Notes: generated from the sequence alone by a model not told the origin. Numbered from the stretch's first letter, positions 48,497 to 61,949 are shown. The stretch: DNA of 64,000 bases from Octopus sinensis (GCF_006345805.1 NW_021832123.1:62001-126000); one strand, 5' to 3'. Numbers and translations are program-made.

Positions 48497-49447
48497 CTAA
48501 AGAGCTTCCGATTCGATCAGAAAAGTGCTGCGAGGCTTTCCGATTGGCTTGAATTTAGCGACCAGAGTCTTTCTGAATCTGAAACTTGTGCACAAATAAG
48601 CCACAATCTTTAGAGCATAAACCGAATATCCCAAAATTAAATCAAGAAATGTTTTCTCAATTTTGAACCTAAAATAATGTCTCCATTGACTATTTTGAAA
48701 GACAAATGACTTGGATCGAGGAAAAGGAGGATCCACCAGACTGAAACTCCGCAAATAAAGTGCCGAAGACAACGTCGACGAAAAAATCAAAAAAAACAAG
48801 AATCCCATCCAATAAACACAATTCCCGTTGAAATCGTCTTTAAAGAATCTCTTCTTTGGGATCAAAATAGCGAAAACAGCAATTACCGTCAAGGGGAGGC
48901 CATATCCGATAATCTCCACAAAACACAACAAAATCATTTTTTGCGATGAATTAAATGCATAAGGTTTGGAGGTGGAAACAAAGAATTCCAAGAAAGAAAC
49001 GAGAAATGACAATATAAAACAAAATAATGAATTTATTAGAGCTATTTGGTCCCGGTATTGAGAAAAGAACGAGTAGCTGCGAAGGATGTAAAAATCATAA
49101 AGGGCAATTGCTAATATGTAGATTGAATTTATTTGGAATGTGTCGTAGAATATATGATATGAATAAGTGTTCACATTAAAATTGATGTTGAAATATATTT
49201 TGAGATGAACAGCAAACAATAAAAATATAAATATCAGATCGTTTAATGTCAGATATATTCCCCATTTTACTGTTCGTTTGCATCTCAGCTTTTCGTCGGA
49301 AAAAACCAAAAGTGAAAGAAAGTTCCCAGTTATTCCTGATATAAACATGACAACAACGATAATTTTTATTGCAATGAGTTGTTGCCAGTATTTGTTCTCG
49401 AATATCGCTTTAATCTCATTGTTGTTTAGCATGGTTAAATTTGTCAT
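48497..49447 (-). CDS. Divergent class A-like 7TM receptor, intronless
   Basis: 316 aa with about seven hydrophobic segments, TM1 GITGNFLSLLVF, TM2 LxxxD (LTLNDL), TM7/helix 8 AYLCTSFRFRKTL; no DRY motif. Confidence 0.72.
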   Translation of the reverse strand: MTNLTMLNNNEIKAIFENKYWQQLIAIKIIVVVMFISGITGNFLSLLVFSDEKLRCKRTVKWGIYLTLNDLIFIFLLFAVHLKIYFNINFNVNTYSYHIFYDTFQINSIYILAIALYDFYILRSYSFFSQYRDQIALINSLFCFILSFLVSFLEFFVSTSKPYAFNSSQKMILLCFVEIIGYGLPLTVIAVFAILIPKKRFFKDDFNGNCVYWMGFLFFLIFSSTLSSALYLRSFSLVDPPFPRSKSFVFQNSQWRHYFRFKIEKTFLDLILGYSVYALKIVAYLCTSFRFRKTLVAKFKPIGKPRSTFLIESEAL

Positions 49448-50909
49448 TATCGAGTTAATATTTAAAAAATGTGTTGATTAGATTAGTATAGGTTGTCCAC
49501 AAATTATTATTTTACTAAAATTAATAATAATTATGTTATTTATAGTTTTGCAGATCCATATCAATGCGCAACCTAGATTCAGAGTAGTCTCTGAATTGCG
49601 CAACCTACATTTCTGTTTTTACGTTTTTGCTCAATTTGGAAGAAAAACTTTTCGAAACGCCAAAAATAGAGATTACAGTTTTGTGAGATTTTTGAAGTTG
49701 CAGTCTTGGATCGAGGCTCTAGTTGAGAGCAGAGCAAAGTCGTGAGGTTAGATATTGATTTCAATGTCTCGAATTTAATATTGAAGTACTGGGTAATTAA
49801 TGGCTATTCACTTTCGTCTATCTTTTGAATTTCGATTTTGCAGACTCGACAACATCAGAAGCCCATTGTTTCCGGTCTTCATTTTTAACTTTGTCAAAAT
49901 GAACTGAAAGATCAGGTTTTATTATTTTTTGTGCCGCGAGCACATAATGGACCTCGTAATCTATGATCTTTTAATGTTTTCTTTAATATTTTTCGTAGAT
50001 TGGTCGTCAGGACAGTTTCTGTTCACATCGTCAAAATTAACAGGTCATTCTTTCTTGAGTTGTAGAATTTATCCCCGATTTTTTGAAACGTTTGGAAATA
50101 TGAACTGGGCAAGTTTTTCACAGAAAATGCGTTTTTATGTAACTTCTAAAACATGTCGAGATTTTTCCATGCTAGCAACCGAAAGATTTGATTTTTCCAG
50201 TAGTAAGGCACATTGTTGTGGTTAACCTGCTCGACTTTTTCCAAGATATCAAGAGACTTAATGTAATCTAACAAACAAAAGAAATTTTTTAGAAAAGCAA
50301 GTTTTATTTTAAAGTCTATTTTATTGATTCTTGGCATTAATCCGTTTTTTCTACATCCCTATGTTTCTACATCCAGATATCACGGATTCGACTATTGCGA
50401 GATCTTTTCGACGGAGTTACCGATTTTTCTAGAAATCGACAGACTTAAAATCCATAAATTTAGTCTCAATTGTGAATTTATGGTAATGACCAAGAATTTG
50501 AGACTGTTCAAAACAAACAAAATAAAAGTCATCCCTTTCTCTTTGACTTTTTAAAACGGTTCATTTCCCAAGCAAGTCACTTGCCAGGAATGCTCGGATA
50601 CCTCATTAAAGATCTCTAATTTTTGACCAAATTTTTTAGAGACAGTTTAATTTCACCAATCGCAGGGTCAAATGTTTTGTCGGACTTTGTTCAATTACAA
50701 GGCGGATAGAGAATGGAATTGCGACACTTTTAATAAGATAATCTCATTTTCCACCAACGTATATTATTTCATTGTTGCATCAGTCATACAATTTTAACGA
50801 TGAGAAATAAAAAAGAAAAAACAAAATTGAATCCTTCCCTGTTTACTTCAAAGTTTGCTTGGCTATTTAAAGAAGACATTCCAATCAATAAAATAAACAG
50901 AAATTCATT

Positions 50910-51314
50910 TTATAAACTGCTAAAACTATTTCCCCGTTTTTGAGCTAAATTGGCCATTGCCAAAGCCTTCTGATCACACTTTAACGCACTCATCCTGTTG
51001 TAGAGGGGCAGTTCAGTGTCCCTCTGACAAAGACAGCACGTTACTGTCCATCCTGTCTTACTGAGTTGGTTCAGAATACACTGGTGGCACATTGTGTGTT
51101 CACACGCTGTGAGGATTTCTGGTTTTCTCCCGTTTTGATTGTAAAAACACGAACATGACTCACAAATTCCGTTGTTTTTCTGCTTTATAGCTATCTGGTT
51201 CTTCTTAGGGGGGATAATTTCATCAACTGGCACTGACGTTGAGCTCAGTCTGTTCAAAAGGGCGAAATTTATGGCAAATGCGTCAAATGGGTTTGGGATC
51301 TTGTCTTGTGGCAT
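50910..51314 (-). CDS. RING-HC finger protein
   Basis: CESC..RKPEILTACEHTMCHQC..VTCCLCQRDT: C3HC4 pattern typical of TRIM/RNF-type RINGs; upstream exons possible. Confidence 0.75.
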   Translation of the reverse strand: MPQDKIPNPFDAFAINFALLNRLSSTSVPVDEIIPPKKNQIAIKQKNNGICESCSCFYNQNGRKPEILTACEHTMCHQCILNQLSKTGWTVTCCLCQRDTELPLYNRMSALKCDQKALAMANLAQKRGNSFSSL

Positions 51315-52835
51315 ATCGACATCACTGCAATGTCCTTATTTCTACTATACTATTTAACTTTGAAGGTCTCTTCGATTTTTGGTGCGGAGGGAGCATTATC
51401 GATTAAATTCGTGAACTCTTTCAACATATTAAAGAAAGGATTTGGCATTTCAAACTAACGGGAACTCGCCGTTTATAAACTAAATGTGGCACGCCTGATC
51501 TATTTTCCATTGGCGCGCTGGTTATGAAGTCGGATACAAAATCAGCGTCACACAACGGACTTACTTTACTAAAAGTTCTAATCCGATTTCATCTGTAATT
51601 TCACATAAAACTATATTTTACAAGTCTTAGTGATTCTACACATTTTATGAACTGAAAAATAAGGTAAATCTCTTCTTGGCGAATCAGAGAGGTCCTTAGG
51701 ATTTATTTTCGCATTATTACCCTCATAAATCCATTCCACGAGCAGAATTACCAAACTCTCTACTTTTGAAAATTTGCAGATTTCCAACATTTCAAAATCA
51801 CCACTGAGATCATATAAAAAGCCAAAATAATTTTACCAATCTCCGTCGAGTGTGCCCTTTCCTTTTACTACGACACCACTCGTCTTGAACAGTGAGAAAG
51901 AACACTGCTCTGGGAGAGACGTACTTCTATTCCTTTCAGGCTTGGTTAGAAGAAGAAACCATCGCCAATAAGGGCAATGCTGAGGTGTTGGAGCAAATAA
52001 CACCCAAATTTGCTTGCACGTAAAACAAATGTAATTATTTTATATGAGTGTTTTTCGTCCCATTTGCTAAGTCCAGCGAATTCCAGATCTACCGTACACA
52101 AGCGGTGGCAAGCGCATCAGAACACTCAATTTGTCATTGCCTATCCGTTTGCCATCTACCTCGACATATTCGCCTGAATTTAGTCTTTGCAGCATTTACG
52201 GCTTGAAAAGCCCATTGGACTTTGTCTGCAATGAACTCTACACAGCCCATGGCCAACGTTATTAATATTTTGTATCAGTTTTGTAGATAAGTCATGTTCA
52301 GAAGAGAATAGAAGGCGCTGTCGATGAACCGTAATTGGAGATTGTGGCTTACAGAATGATAGGAAAGAATAAATCGGATTCCCGTGATCTTGGTTGCGAG
52401 TTATAATCCACTGAACAACTCAGGCGGTGCCAAAATGTTTATAAGCTTACATTTTTGGCAATTATGCGAGAGTGCAATCCTTGTAAAACCCCACACGTCA
52501 CATCCGTTGAGCTTCTGTGACTCCTTTAATCTCCACTGAAAAAGCAAAAACTCCTGGCTTAGTTTAGTTACGACATGCAATTTTTGCCAATATTTTGACT
52601 CAAAGCTGATTGTTTAATTTATCGCAGGAAAATGAATTATGGTGCAGTGATGGAAAACGAATACCCGGTAATACTACACCCTGACCATACCCCCTTATAC
52701 AGTTAAATACTGCCGTCAAGACGTGTGATCTACACAGCAGTGTTGTCATAAATTGTCCCCGCCGACAAAACAGACCACTCAAAGAGACCTTGCAAGTGTC
52801 CTTAATTTTAAAAATAAAATTTAATAGCAAAATCA

Positions 52836-54068
52836 TTAAATTCTCAAATTACGTCTCATCACAGTCCTGTATTTCGACCGTCTTCGTCTGGGCAATTAAA
52901 TACCAAAAATACGATAATTTTTTGGTAGGACAAATCATATTTCGTCTCTGGAAATCAACATAATGCGACTTGAGCAGACTCCCTTCTGGCTAGCAATAAA
53001 CAACCCACAACACCTCCAAATGCAATAAATCACCCGGAAGTTCATCCGTCAGTTTAATCTCCAACGGCAGTGGTTCTACAAACTTTCTTTTCGCCAGTCT
53101 TCTGGTCCTAATCTGTCGGGAAGACATCTCCTTCCTCATTCTATCCTCATTCTGCTGTTCCATCTTCCGCTTGGCCTCTCTATCAAGCTGACTGCTCAAC
53201 TCCTGAATATTCCCGAACTGCCTGTCCCTCTGTTTAGCCAGACTCGACATTCTCCTCATCTTCTCCTACAAAACTCCACAAAACTTTAAACCCTTTTTAA
53301 ATTACGTTTCTTGGCATTATTCTGTGCACGTGTTTTCCTTTCACGACGGTGACTGGTCCTCATTTCATCGCCGCCCCCCAAACACGTCCTGCTCACCGTG
53401 ATGGGAGTATCCTCCGTCAGTCCGCTCAACATCATCTCACTTTCTTGTTTCTTAGCAGTATTGACACATTTAAACTTGTAACTCTTCTTTTGGAATGGCC
53501 ATTCCTAAGGCCATAACTTGCTCGCATTTTTCCACGTGCATTTCGTCCTTTTCGACTACTCGACTCGCCTCCCGCAGAAGGTCTTGGTGGGAGGAGGGCA
53601 GTGGATTGTAGGACAGGCCAGGATGGGGTGCCATACACGACTTGTGGGGCATCTTTGACTGTGCTGGCTGAGAGGACCAAATATCATAGGATATCGGCTT
53701 TTTTGTGTTTGTTGGTTGAAATGTGGAGTGACTTGGAACTATGGTCGATTTATTCTTTCCGGATTTGGGGATTTTGGTGTCGGGGTCTTTGATATTTATT
53801 GTCGATTTATTTTCGAGAGAATCAAGGCATCTTAGTTTTCTGTTTATTGGTTTTTCGAGTGTTTTCGAATCTTCGACCACCATTGATGTGTTCTTATAGA
53901 ATAGGTCAGTATCGTCTTTGGTCGAGACAAGTCCACTAAGGAGGTGAAAGTATAATTATACCCCGTGAATAACTGTGCGTTGTAGTTTTTGATACCGTCC
54001 TCGTAAACAGTCGCGTTTAATTTACGCCAGTTCCGTTTATTTCGTTTTGATCCCTTCTTTACTACCAT
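52836..54068 (-). CDS. NOP53: Ribosome biogenesis protein NOP53 (GLTSCR2/PICT1)
   Basis: KGSKRNKRNWRK, PGLSYNPLPSSHQDLL, RRLAKRKF..IKLTDELPGDL..PEGSLL...FQRRNMI; micro-introns. Confidence 0.87.
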
Positions 54069-54210
54069 TGCCCCACAAGAAACACAAAAACACGTTTTCT
54101 ATTTACTCAATATCAAAAAACAAAAAAGTTTTAATTAAAAAACATAAAAATCAAAATTATTTATTTTCAAATAGAACAACAAAACCCCCAAATTAAAATA
54201 AACACACAAA

Positions 54211-55078
54211 TCACCTTTGAAGAATAGAATATAAAGTAAATAAAGCCACCCTGGCCGCATTATTAGCAGCATCATTAGTGTTCTCCCCCTCCTCCGCAAA
54301 CACCAGCACTTTGGCCGTCCTGACCAACAACACAGCCACCGGCTTGCCTACAAATGCCTTCCCCCTCTACCTGAGTGATGTCTGTAGTAATTATGGAACT
54401 TGACGTCCATTCCCCTCATCCTGGCCACCATGTCCAGTCGGTGAATAAACGAGTCGAGAGGACACAGCGACTGCAGTCCATCCACCGTCACCAACCCACA
54501 CGATATAAAGTCCTCCACAATGTGTCTCAGACTCACGGATTGTCCGATCAATTTGTCCGTGACTGGACTTCTGTTTGGCACGGAATTAGAAAGTCTGGGT
54601 AGTTCATTCTGTCCAAAATGGCTATGGAGGCACTCGCCTTTGCTTGCTGCTTTTTTGTTCCCGTTCCAAACGCGGAAATGGGACCGACTGACAGTTGGCA
54701 AATAAAGTAGGCCAGTTTGGGGGAAATTTGACGTTTTTGAATGTCAATGTTTACTGGTGGAAGGTTTAGGCGGGAAATTAATTGGGTGAGTATTCCAAAG
54801 TTGTTGTTGTGGGTTACTATGTTCATTATTGAGTTCCAACAAGGGAGGGCTTCGATTTGCTTTCGAAATTCGATTATTGAGTTTTTTTTGGCTTCTTTTT
54901 TGGTTTTTCCAGTACCGATAACTTGAAGGTCTGCTGCGTGTAATTTGATTATATAATTAGAGAATATGCTATTCCGGGGTTCTTCGTTGAATATTGGAGG
55001 AGGAAATTTATGTTTTGAACAAAATAGGTTCAGCCACAATATAGAATCATTAAATGATTGCGACATTGAGCAAACCAC
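54211..55078 (-). CDS. Triple-dsRBD protein, TARBP2/PACT/Loquacious-like
   Basis: dsRBD1 GTGKTKKEAKKNS, dsRBD2 GTGTKKQQAKASAS, degenerate third domain GENTNDAANNAARVAL; linker splicing unresolved. Confidence 0.8.
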
Positions 55079-55197
55079 ACATAGAACACTATTTTAAATA
55101 TTTTATTATTTTTATTTTTTAATATATAATATAATTATTCTAAATTATAAAAGTTAATTTAATCATACAATTTCATATGACGTCGTAATTTACAAAT

Positions 55198-56936
55198 GAC
55201 TTTAAGAAAGGGCTTTTCAGGAATGCTTTTACTCAAGTGAGAAAATCACATACTCCTTTTACTGCTCGGAAAGGAAAAGTCAACGACAGGGATGGCAGAG
55301 AGTTATTCAGCGGTCACAGCGTCCGAAACAGATGGAGGGAGTTCGTGGAAGAACTTTATTCTCCAGAATACAAAACTTCAGCATCTCGTCATGGAACGTT
55401 TACTATCTTTCCGAACCCCGAAGATGATATCCGAGAAAGTGATGTTACATGGGCCGTAAATGAATTGCCTAGCAACAAGGCGCCTGGGCCGGACAATATT
55501 TCAAGCGAGATGCTTAAGGCCATTCCTTTATCAGCAATCACAACTCTCTGCAAGAATATTTGGAAAACTGGTGTTTGGCCTTCTGATTGGAAGAAATCAA
55601 TATTTATTATGTTGCCTAAAAAGGGCGACAGAAAAGTCTGCTCGAATTACCGCACAATTGCTCTCATATCTCATGTTAGCAAAATACTCCTGACGTTAAT
55701 AAAACAACGTCTATCTCCAATCTCAGAAAAGATTCTTTCAAATTGCCAAGCCGGTTTTAGACGTGGTCGTGGTACGAGAGATCACATCTCCAGCCTTCGT
55801 TGGATTTTGGAAAAATCCCGTGAATCCCAGAAGCCTGTTTTCATGTGTTTCATTGACTATCGCAAGGCTTTTGATTGCGTATCTCACGTGAAACTTTGGT
55901 CCGTCCTAGAAGAATTTGGAATTCCTCATCATCTCATATCGATAATAAAATCTCTTTATACTGACCAAGAGGGTTTTGTGCGGACCCCTTATGGAGACAC
56001 AGACTGTTTCGGTATTGGGAGGGGCGTCCGACAAGGCTGTATTCTATCCCCGCTACTGTTTAATATTTACACGGAGAAAGTCATGGAGGAGTTAAATTGC
56101 GAAAATGACATCGGAATCAAGATTGGTGGCCTAAACATAAATAATCTCCGTTATGCAGACAATACTACTTTGCTGTCTGAAACAGAGGATGGCTTGAGGC
56201 AATTAATTACGAGAGTCAAAGACAACAGTGCCTCTTTTGGCCTATTCCTAAATGTGAAAAAAACCAAAATAATGACAACTTCACTGTCTGGAAAAATTAG
56301 TGTCATCGTCGACGACGAAGAAATAGAATGTGTTGAAAGTTATATTTTTCTTGGAAGTCTGATAACCATAGATGGTGGTTGTGTTTCAGAAATTAATAGA
56401 CGGATGGCTATGTGCAAGAGTACGATGATAAAACTGAATCGGATCTGGAGTAGCAAGGATGTTTCTCTAAAGACAAAGATAAGTCTAGTCAACGCGATTG
56501 TGTTTCCCGTTTTTCTCTATGGTTGTGAATCTTGGACACTGTCCAAAGCTCAAGCAAAAGAGTGCACTCACTGGAATTATGGTGCTGGCGCAAACTTTTG
56601 AACATAAATTGGTACGAAAAAGTGTCAAATGTCGTTGTTCTCGAAAAGATTAAACCTACACTGTCGCTTGTGGCGAAAGTTTGGAAGCAACAATTATCAT
56701 ATCTGGGGCACGTGCTTCGGGGGAATGGTATAGGAAAAGGAATCCTGCTGTCTTCGTTCGCTGAAAAAAGGAAGCAGGGTAGACCGAAACTAAACTGGAC
56801 ATCTGAAGTAGTGAAACTTACCGGATATCTTTTGTCGGAAATAGCAGTGCTGGTGGGGGATAGAGCTTCGTGGAGGGACTTGTCTTACAGAATCGCCAAT
56901 GGCCGAAATCGGCTGAATATGGCTTAACTTTAACTT
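55198..56936 (+). mobile_element. 5'-truncated RTE-BovB-like LINE
   Basis: NKAPGPD, NYRTIAL, QAGFRRGRGT, DYRKAFD, GVRQGCILSP, LRYADN, YIFLGS; (AACTTT)n-like tail; 12-bp TSD TAATTTACAAAT at 55186-55197 and 56937-56948. Confidence 0.93.
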
Positions 56937-57540
56937 TAATTTACAAATACGTCATCAGTAATCCTAATCAGTCTGACGTATAACCTCAATTGCTCAATAA
57001 ATATTTAATTTTCATTCATTTAATATGAAATTATTTTTGGTATATTGTTGTTTGAATTTTTCCAAAACCACAAAATAAAATTTTAATTTACACCTTTCTT
57101 GTGGTTTCACGAATCCTTATTCATTCCCTCAGCACTGCAGAGATTGGCCTTTTGTAGTCCTCGATCACTTCCATCAGCCAATCTAAATTAATCATTTTAT
57201 TTTTACCACAGAGCGTTTTTCTACTGAATTCGCTGGTTACTGAGGACCCCTTTTTAAGCACTTTCTCCACGTTTTTTAGATTGAGATGTGTATTTAGAAT
57301 TGATTAATTAATGAAATTTGTGGCTTAATAATCTTAAAAATTTGTAAAAATGATGAAATAAATGATAAGTTATCAAATAATAATATTTTTTAATATTTTT
57401 GTAATTTATTATTAATAATTAAAATAATGTCGTCATTAAAAATTATATTTTATTATATTAATAATCCTTTATAATCTAAATATTTTTGTGGCATAGCTAA
57501 AATAGAATAAAATTTCAAATAATTAAATTTAAGTATCACG

Positions 57541-59199
57541 ATGAGACGCCCGACCATATTTCCTAAAAATGTGTCCTTCCCCCCAAAAATTATTTTGAGT
57601 CTGTTGACTCTGAATGAGGTAGTCGGAATGAGCTGGCACTCCTTTTGTCCTCGATTTAGATAACCAACAACGCCATCGTTTCATACACAGGACCATTTCT
57701 ACCCGAAATGATTCGCGTTTAAAACCCCTAATCACCCACGTAGTTCTTCGGTTACCCAGAAAACCAAAAGGGCTACTTTGCCGGATTTGTTCAGACTGCT
57801 TTCTACATCGGACGGATCTTCGGAAGGTTGGTTCTCCCTTCATTGCCTAGCATCGTCATCGGACGAGTGGCTGACAAGATCAGCAAGTATTTATTGCTCA
57901 AAATATGTCTTGGACTATCAGCATTATTCATATTTGCATTTGGATTTACTTTAAATATATATTTCGTGATTGTTCTGCGATTCCTCATTGGTATGGTCTC
58001 AGGTGGTCCCCACCAATCCACGTCCAGGGATCTCCATCATCGACAAATCCATCATCCACAACACGTGCAGTCAGGACAACCAATCCATTGGAATGCTCTT
58101 CTACGGAATTGGGGTGGCTGCTGCCTTTACTTTTGCACCGTTGATTGGAGGTTTGTCTGGTCTCTGACTGGTGAGGGTATTTGGCCAATCCAGTGAGACA
58201 CTATCCTTTGGTCTTTGGTGGATCCCCCACGTTGGAGCAATTCCCTTACCTCCTTACCTCCGTTTGTGTCGTCGGACTCATCCTTGTCAACATTGTGCTC
58301 GTTTTTGTGGCAGAATATTGTGCGAAAAACCGGTTTTCTGGAACTAATATTTTAGTCTGGCACAAGTCAACTCAAAGACCTTAATGACTGACGAAGTTAG
58401 TCATCAAAACGAGACCCACATGTCCACGTGTGAAGCCCTGGCTATAATATTTAAGTTGTTGTAAAACTGCTATTTTAGATCCAAAAAAACTGCAATTTCG
58501 CTTGTAATTTACATGGTCTATTCACTGGCCTCAATCGGGGTGGACGAGCTTCTCATCATTTTCCTGTCCACCACGAACTCTTCCGGTTGATTGATTGCCT
58601 TCAACGTGTTCAGGGGGACTGGGATTAAGCAGTCGAGACATTGGCACGTTCCTTATATACTCCTCTTTGCCTTCTGTCGTAATTTATATATTCGTCTTTA
58701 CTCAACTTATTCATAAAATAGGCGTTATTCAGGTTTGGCAGTGAAACTATTTTTAGTCGATAAAAACGAGTCATTTGATTTTGTTTCCCTTAGTTCTGGC
58801 CTTTCCAGTGACATATATACTGTGGGAAAAGAAATACACAGTGGGGGGATATGTCCTGCTCTATGTGTTGTACATTTTCGTTAAAATATGTGGGAATATT
58901 AACAGCAACTGTGTGGGGTTGCTAGTTAATAATTCCGTGAAAATGGATTGCGTGGGGAGCATCAACGGAATTGGTTTGTCGCTGTCCTGTGTGTTTCGGT
59001 GAGTTTTATGATTTGTGAGTTTAGGGCGTTGTCTCCGATTACATTTGACAGTATTTATGCTGCTGCTATATCAATCAATGTTGGGATTGGGAAGGTTGTT
59101 GGATCATTGATTGCCTTTACTTCAATCGCGTTCTTCATCCTCTTAATTATTATTCTTTGTTGCTTTATTCCAAAATCTCTTAATTTCCGGAGGAATTAA
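57541..59199 (+). CDS. Major facilitator superfamily transporter, ZIFL/YCR023C-like
   Basis: Spliced YTGPFLPEMIR..KGYFAGFVQTAFYIGRIF, GRVADK, LRFLIG, APLIGG..ANPVRHYP..QFPYLL; multiple TM segments and micro-introns. Confidence 0.8.
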
Positions 59200-59299
59200 A
59201 TTATTTTATAAACTGTTGATTTATTCCATAAACTTAAATTTTCTTAATTCTTATCAAACTTTAGAAAACCGCGAATTCCAAAATTTCCCACATTGATAA

Positions 59300-61450
59300 C
59301 CAAAAATTTTTGCATCACTTCAGATTGTCTTTTTATTACCCCTTCCCATCTTCAAAAAACGAAAAAAACCACTCCAATCTCAAAGAGTGGATCAATTTTG
59401 AAATCTTAATTACGTCTATAAGAGACCTCCGGTGTAATAATATCAAAACCAAAAACTACTGATAACTATTTTTTTAGAATATTTTGAAAAGTATATTTGA
59501 TGTGGAACAAAAAATTATTGAGTCAAATTGTAATATTATTCTGCTTTATATATTTTAAAAATTGATTTCAAATATGTGTTCAATTTATCTTTATATACAA
59601 TGCTTTTTTTAGTTTTTGGGTTCAAGATACAACTAAATTTTTCCCGACAACCAAGAATATCATCCAATCTGCAAAAAATGTAAACTTGGACTCCAGATTC
59701 TGTCCATGCTGATATTGGAGAATTCCCAATGTTCTTAAAATTCAGTTTTGACTTGTCAAACTAAAATTAATAATTAAATTAACCTCATTCACGTCAGACT
59801 TTTTAATTCCAATAAGCAAACTATAACCAGCAATGTCAAAACTAGCGAGGAACTGCAAATATGAGGATGTAAATACCTCTGTGTCTCGCTCCAAAGTTTT
59901 AAAAAATAGATTTCGGCAACTTTCTTCCAAAAATAGTCCGTTTTTGCATTCGTCAGAAAAGATTTTTTTAGAATTGGTCAGGTCCACTTTATATTGCTTG
60001 TCAATGTGATTCCATGGGGAAAAAATGTTAGTTCTCACAGAAAAATATTCTAAAGGTGACTTTTAAGTTTTTAAGTTCAAAATAAAACCTTATAGCTATA
60101 TACTCCCAAGTATTGAGGCAAAAATGAATGTTGGTATCGCAGAACAATCTAAATAAATAATCACAAGTCAATTCACAAGAATATAAGACGACAAAATCAT
60201 TTCCATTCGTTTAACATCTTTATCGCTTATTTTACTGATAATATATTCTCTGTCTTTGCTAAGATATATATTTTTAGTAGTATGGGCGTGTAGCGGTTGT
60301 CCAATTTGTTTCTATTTATACTTATTTGCTCATACTCGATAGGAATCAGGGTGGTCGCTGAACTTGCATTGCAACAAAGAAAAGAGCTGAGGCGCGTGAA
60401 TCACCAGTGTCGAAAAAACGTCAAGAGCGGGAATTTTATAGACACGTGCTATTCTAAAATCGATTTTATTTTAGAGAAATACTCTTTAAAATTCACGGCT
60501 CTTTTCCTTTCAAAAAATTTAATTGCAGTTTGGAACGTGATTTCGACGAAGTCTGTTGCAAATGCGATTTTGATTCCAAGAAAATGTTTTAAATCTTGAC
60601 CGAGTTCCGGGACATTAATCGATTTAGAATAATCGATTTTATTGTCAATGTAAAAGAAATAGTTTTTAAGCCATAGGAATTTGTTTGGTTTGTTCACAAC
60701 ATACACTCCTGAAAAAATATACTCCAGTTTTTTAAAAGCCAGTTTTAACTTTTGAATTTGTTTTTTATCTCCAATGGACAAACAGCCAAAATTTTTTGGT
60801 TGGTCAATTATATTTACTGCGTAGGGAAAACAACACCTCGTCATTAACTCTGAATCCGTAAAACACCATTTGAGAAGACCCAGATCTCTCATATTTATAC
60901 TTTTGACAACTTGGTTTTCAACAATTTCGTTCCCTTAAATAAATTTTTAAAAATACCCAGCTGAATCCAAAGTTCTAGTTCATTAGATTCTAAGGATTCA
61001 GACAAACTTTGATACCGGGGATTAAAAACTGGTGGGGTTTTTTTGAAGATGGGTTGCGATGCTTTTTGGCATATTCGACAAATTCAGAGATCACACTACC
61101 CAGACCCAAACTGGAAAAGAAAATTGAAATAATTTGTTCGCAGATCGGTCTGTTTTCAAAAACAACATCGACATTTTTTTGACGAATGTAAAAAAATATT
61201 TCCATGTTTTGATATTCAACAGATTCTTCGTTTCTCACTTTTTGGGTCTAAAATGTTTAGCAAACTTTACGTGTTTGTGTAAACTTCGGTATATTTTGAG
61301 TTTTAGGTCAAATTTGTAATATTTAGCAACACACTCGAGTGTTTTAATTCCGGATGCTATTAATTCTGTGGTGTCTGTAGAAAACGAGGCGAGTACAATC
61401 AGGTTTTTGTTGTTTTTTAAAACGTTTTTTATCTTAACCTTTAATTGAAA
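59300..61450 (-). CDS. Putative long AT-rich lineage-specific ORF broken by single-base shifts
   Basis: ORFs 59742-60038, 60449-60892 and 60990-61238 lie in series and partly join if one base is added at A-runs (e.g. near 61240); no domain recognised; boundaries approximate. Confidence 0.33.
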
Positions 61451-61532
61451 AAACGTACTTGTTCTTCACCAAGTAAATAAGGGACATACATTTTTTAGTT
61501 TATATCGAAAAAATAAGTTTTATATTCATTTT

Positions 61533-61904
61533 TTGAATACAATAGGATTATTTCACAAAATTTTATCGTATTATTTTCTAAATCGTGTTTTATTTTTTGT
61601 CAGATATATTTTGTGCTATTCCATTCTTTACGACGCTCAAGTGAAAATAATTCCACAGGTTTTGATTTGGGACGGGCTCGTTTCCAAACTTTTAAAGAAC
61701 TACATTAAAAAGTTGGCTATCGAAGACGCAACTCAGTCTTATATACAGTCAGTTGTATTGAAGAAAACATTGGAGAGTATAATTGTTGAGCACAGGCATG
61801 GAATCAGAATCACTGATGAGGATATAAATTCAGCCAGTAGCCTCTTAATTGAAGCAAGTCATTCGTATAAGATAATATGGAGAATGAGGGTAAAAGAGTC
61901 GTAA
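61533..61904 (+). CDS. Hypothetical protein or transposon-derived fragment
   Basis: 123-codon ORF with protein-like composition; family not recognised. Confidence 0.28.
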   Translation: MNTIGLFHKILSYYFLNRVLFFVRYILCYSILYDAQVKIIPQVLIWDGLVSKLLKNYIKKLAIEDATQSYIQSVVLKKTLESIIVEHRHGIRITDEDINSASSLLIEASHSYKIIWRMRVKES

Positions 61905-61949
61905 CTAACCTGGAGACAGAAGATCAAGAAGTGGTGTTGGTTAATCTCC

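Noticed and set aside
51500-52800. Probable spliced gene between the RING gene and NOP53
   Set aside because: Intron-like segments are present, but I could not derive a reliable frame or product.
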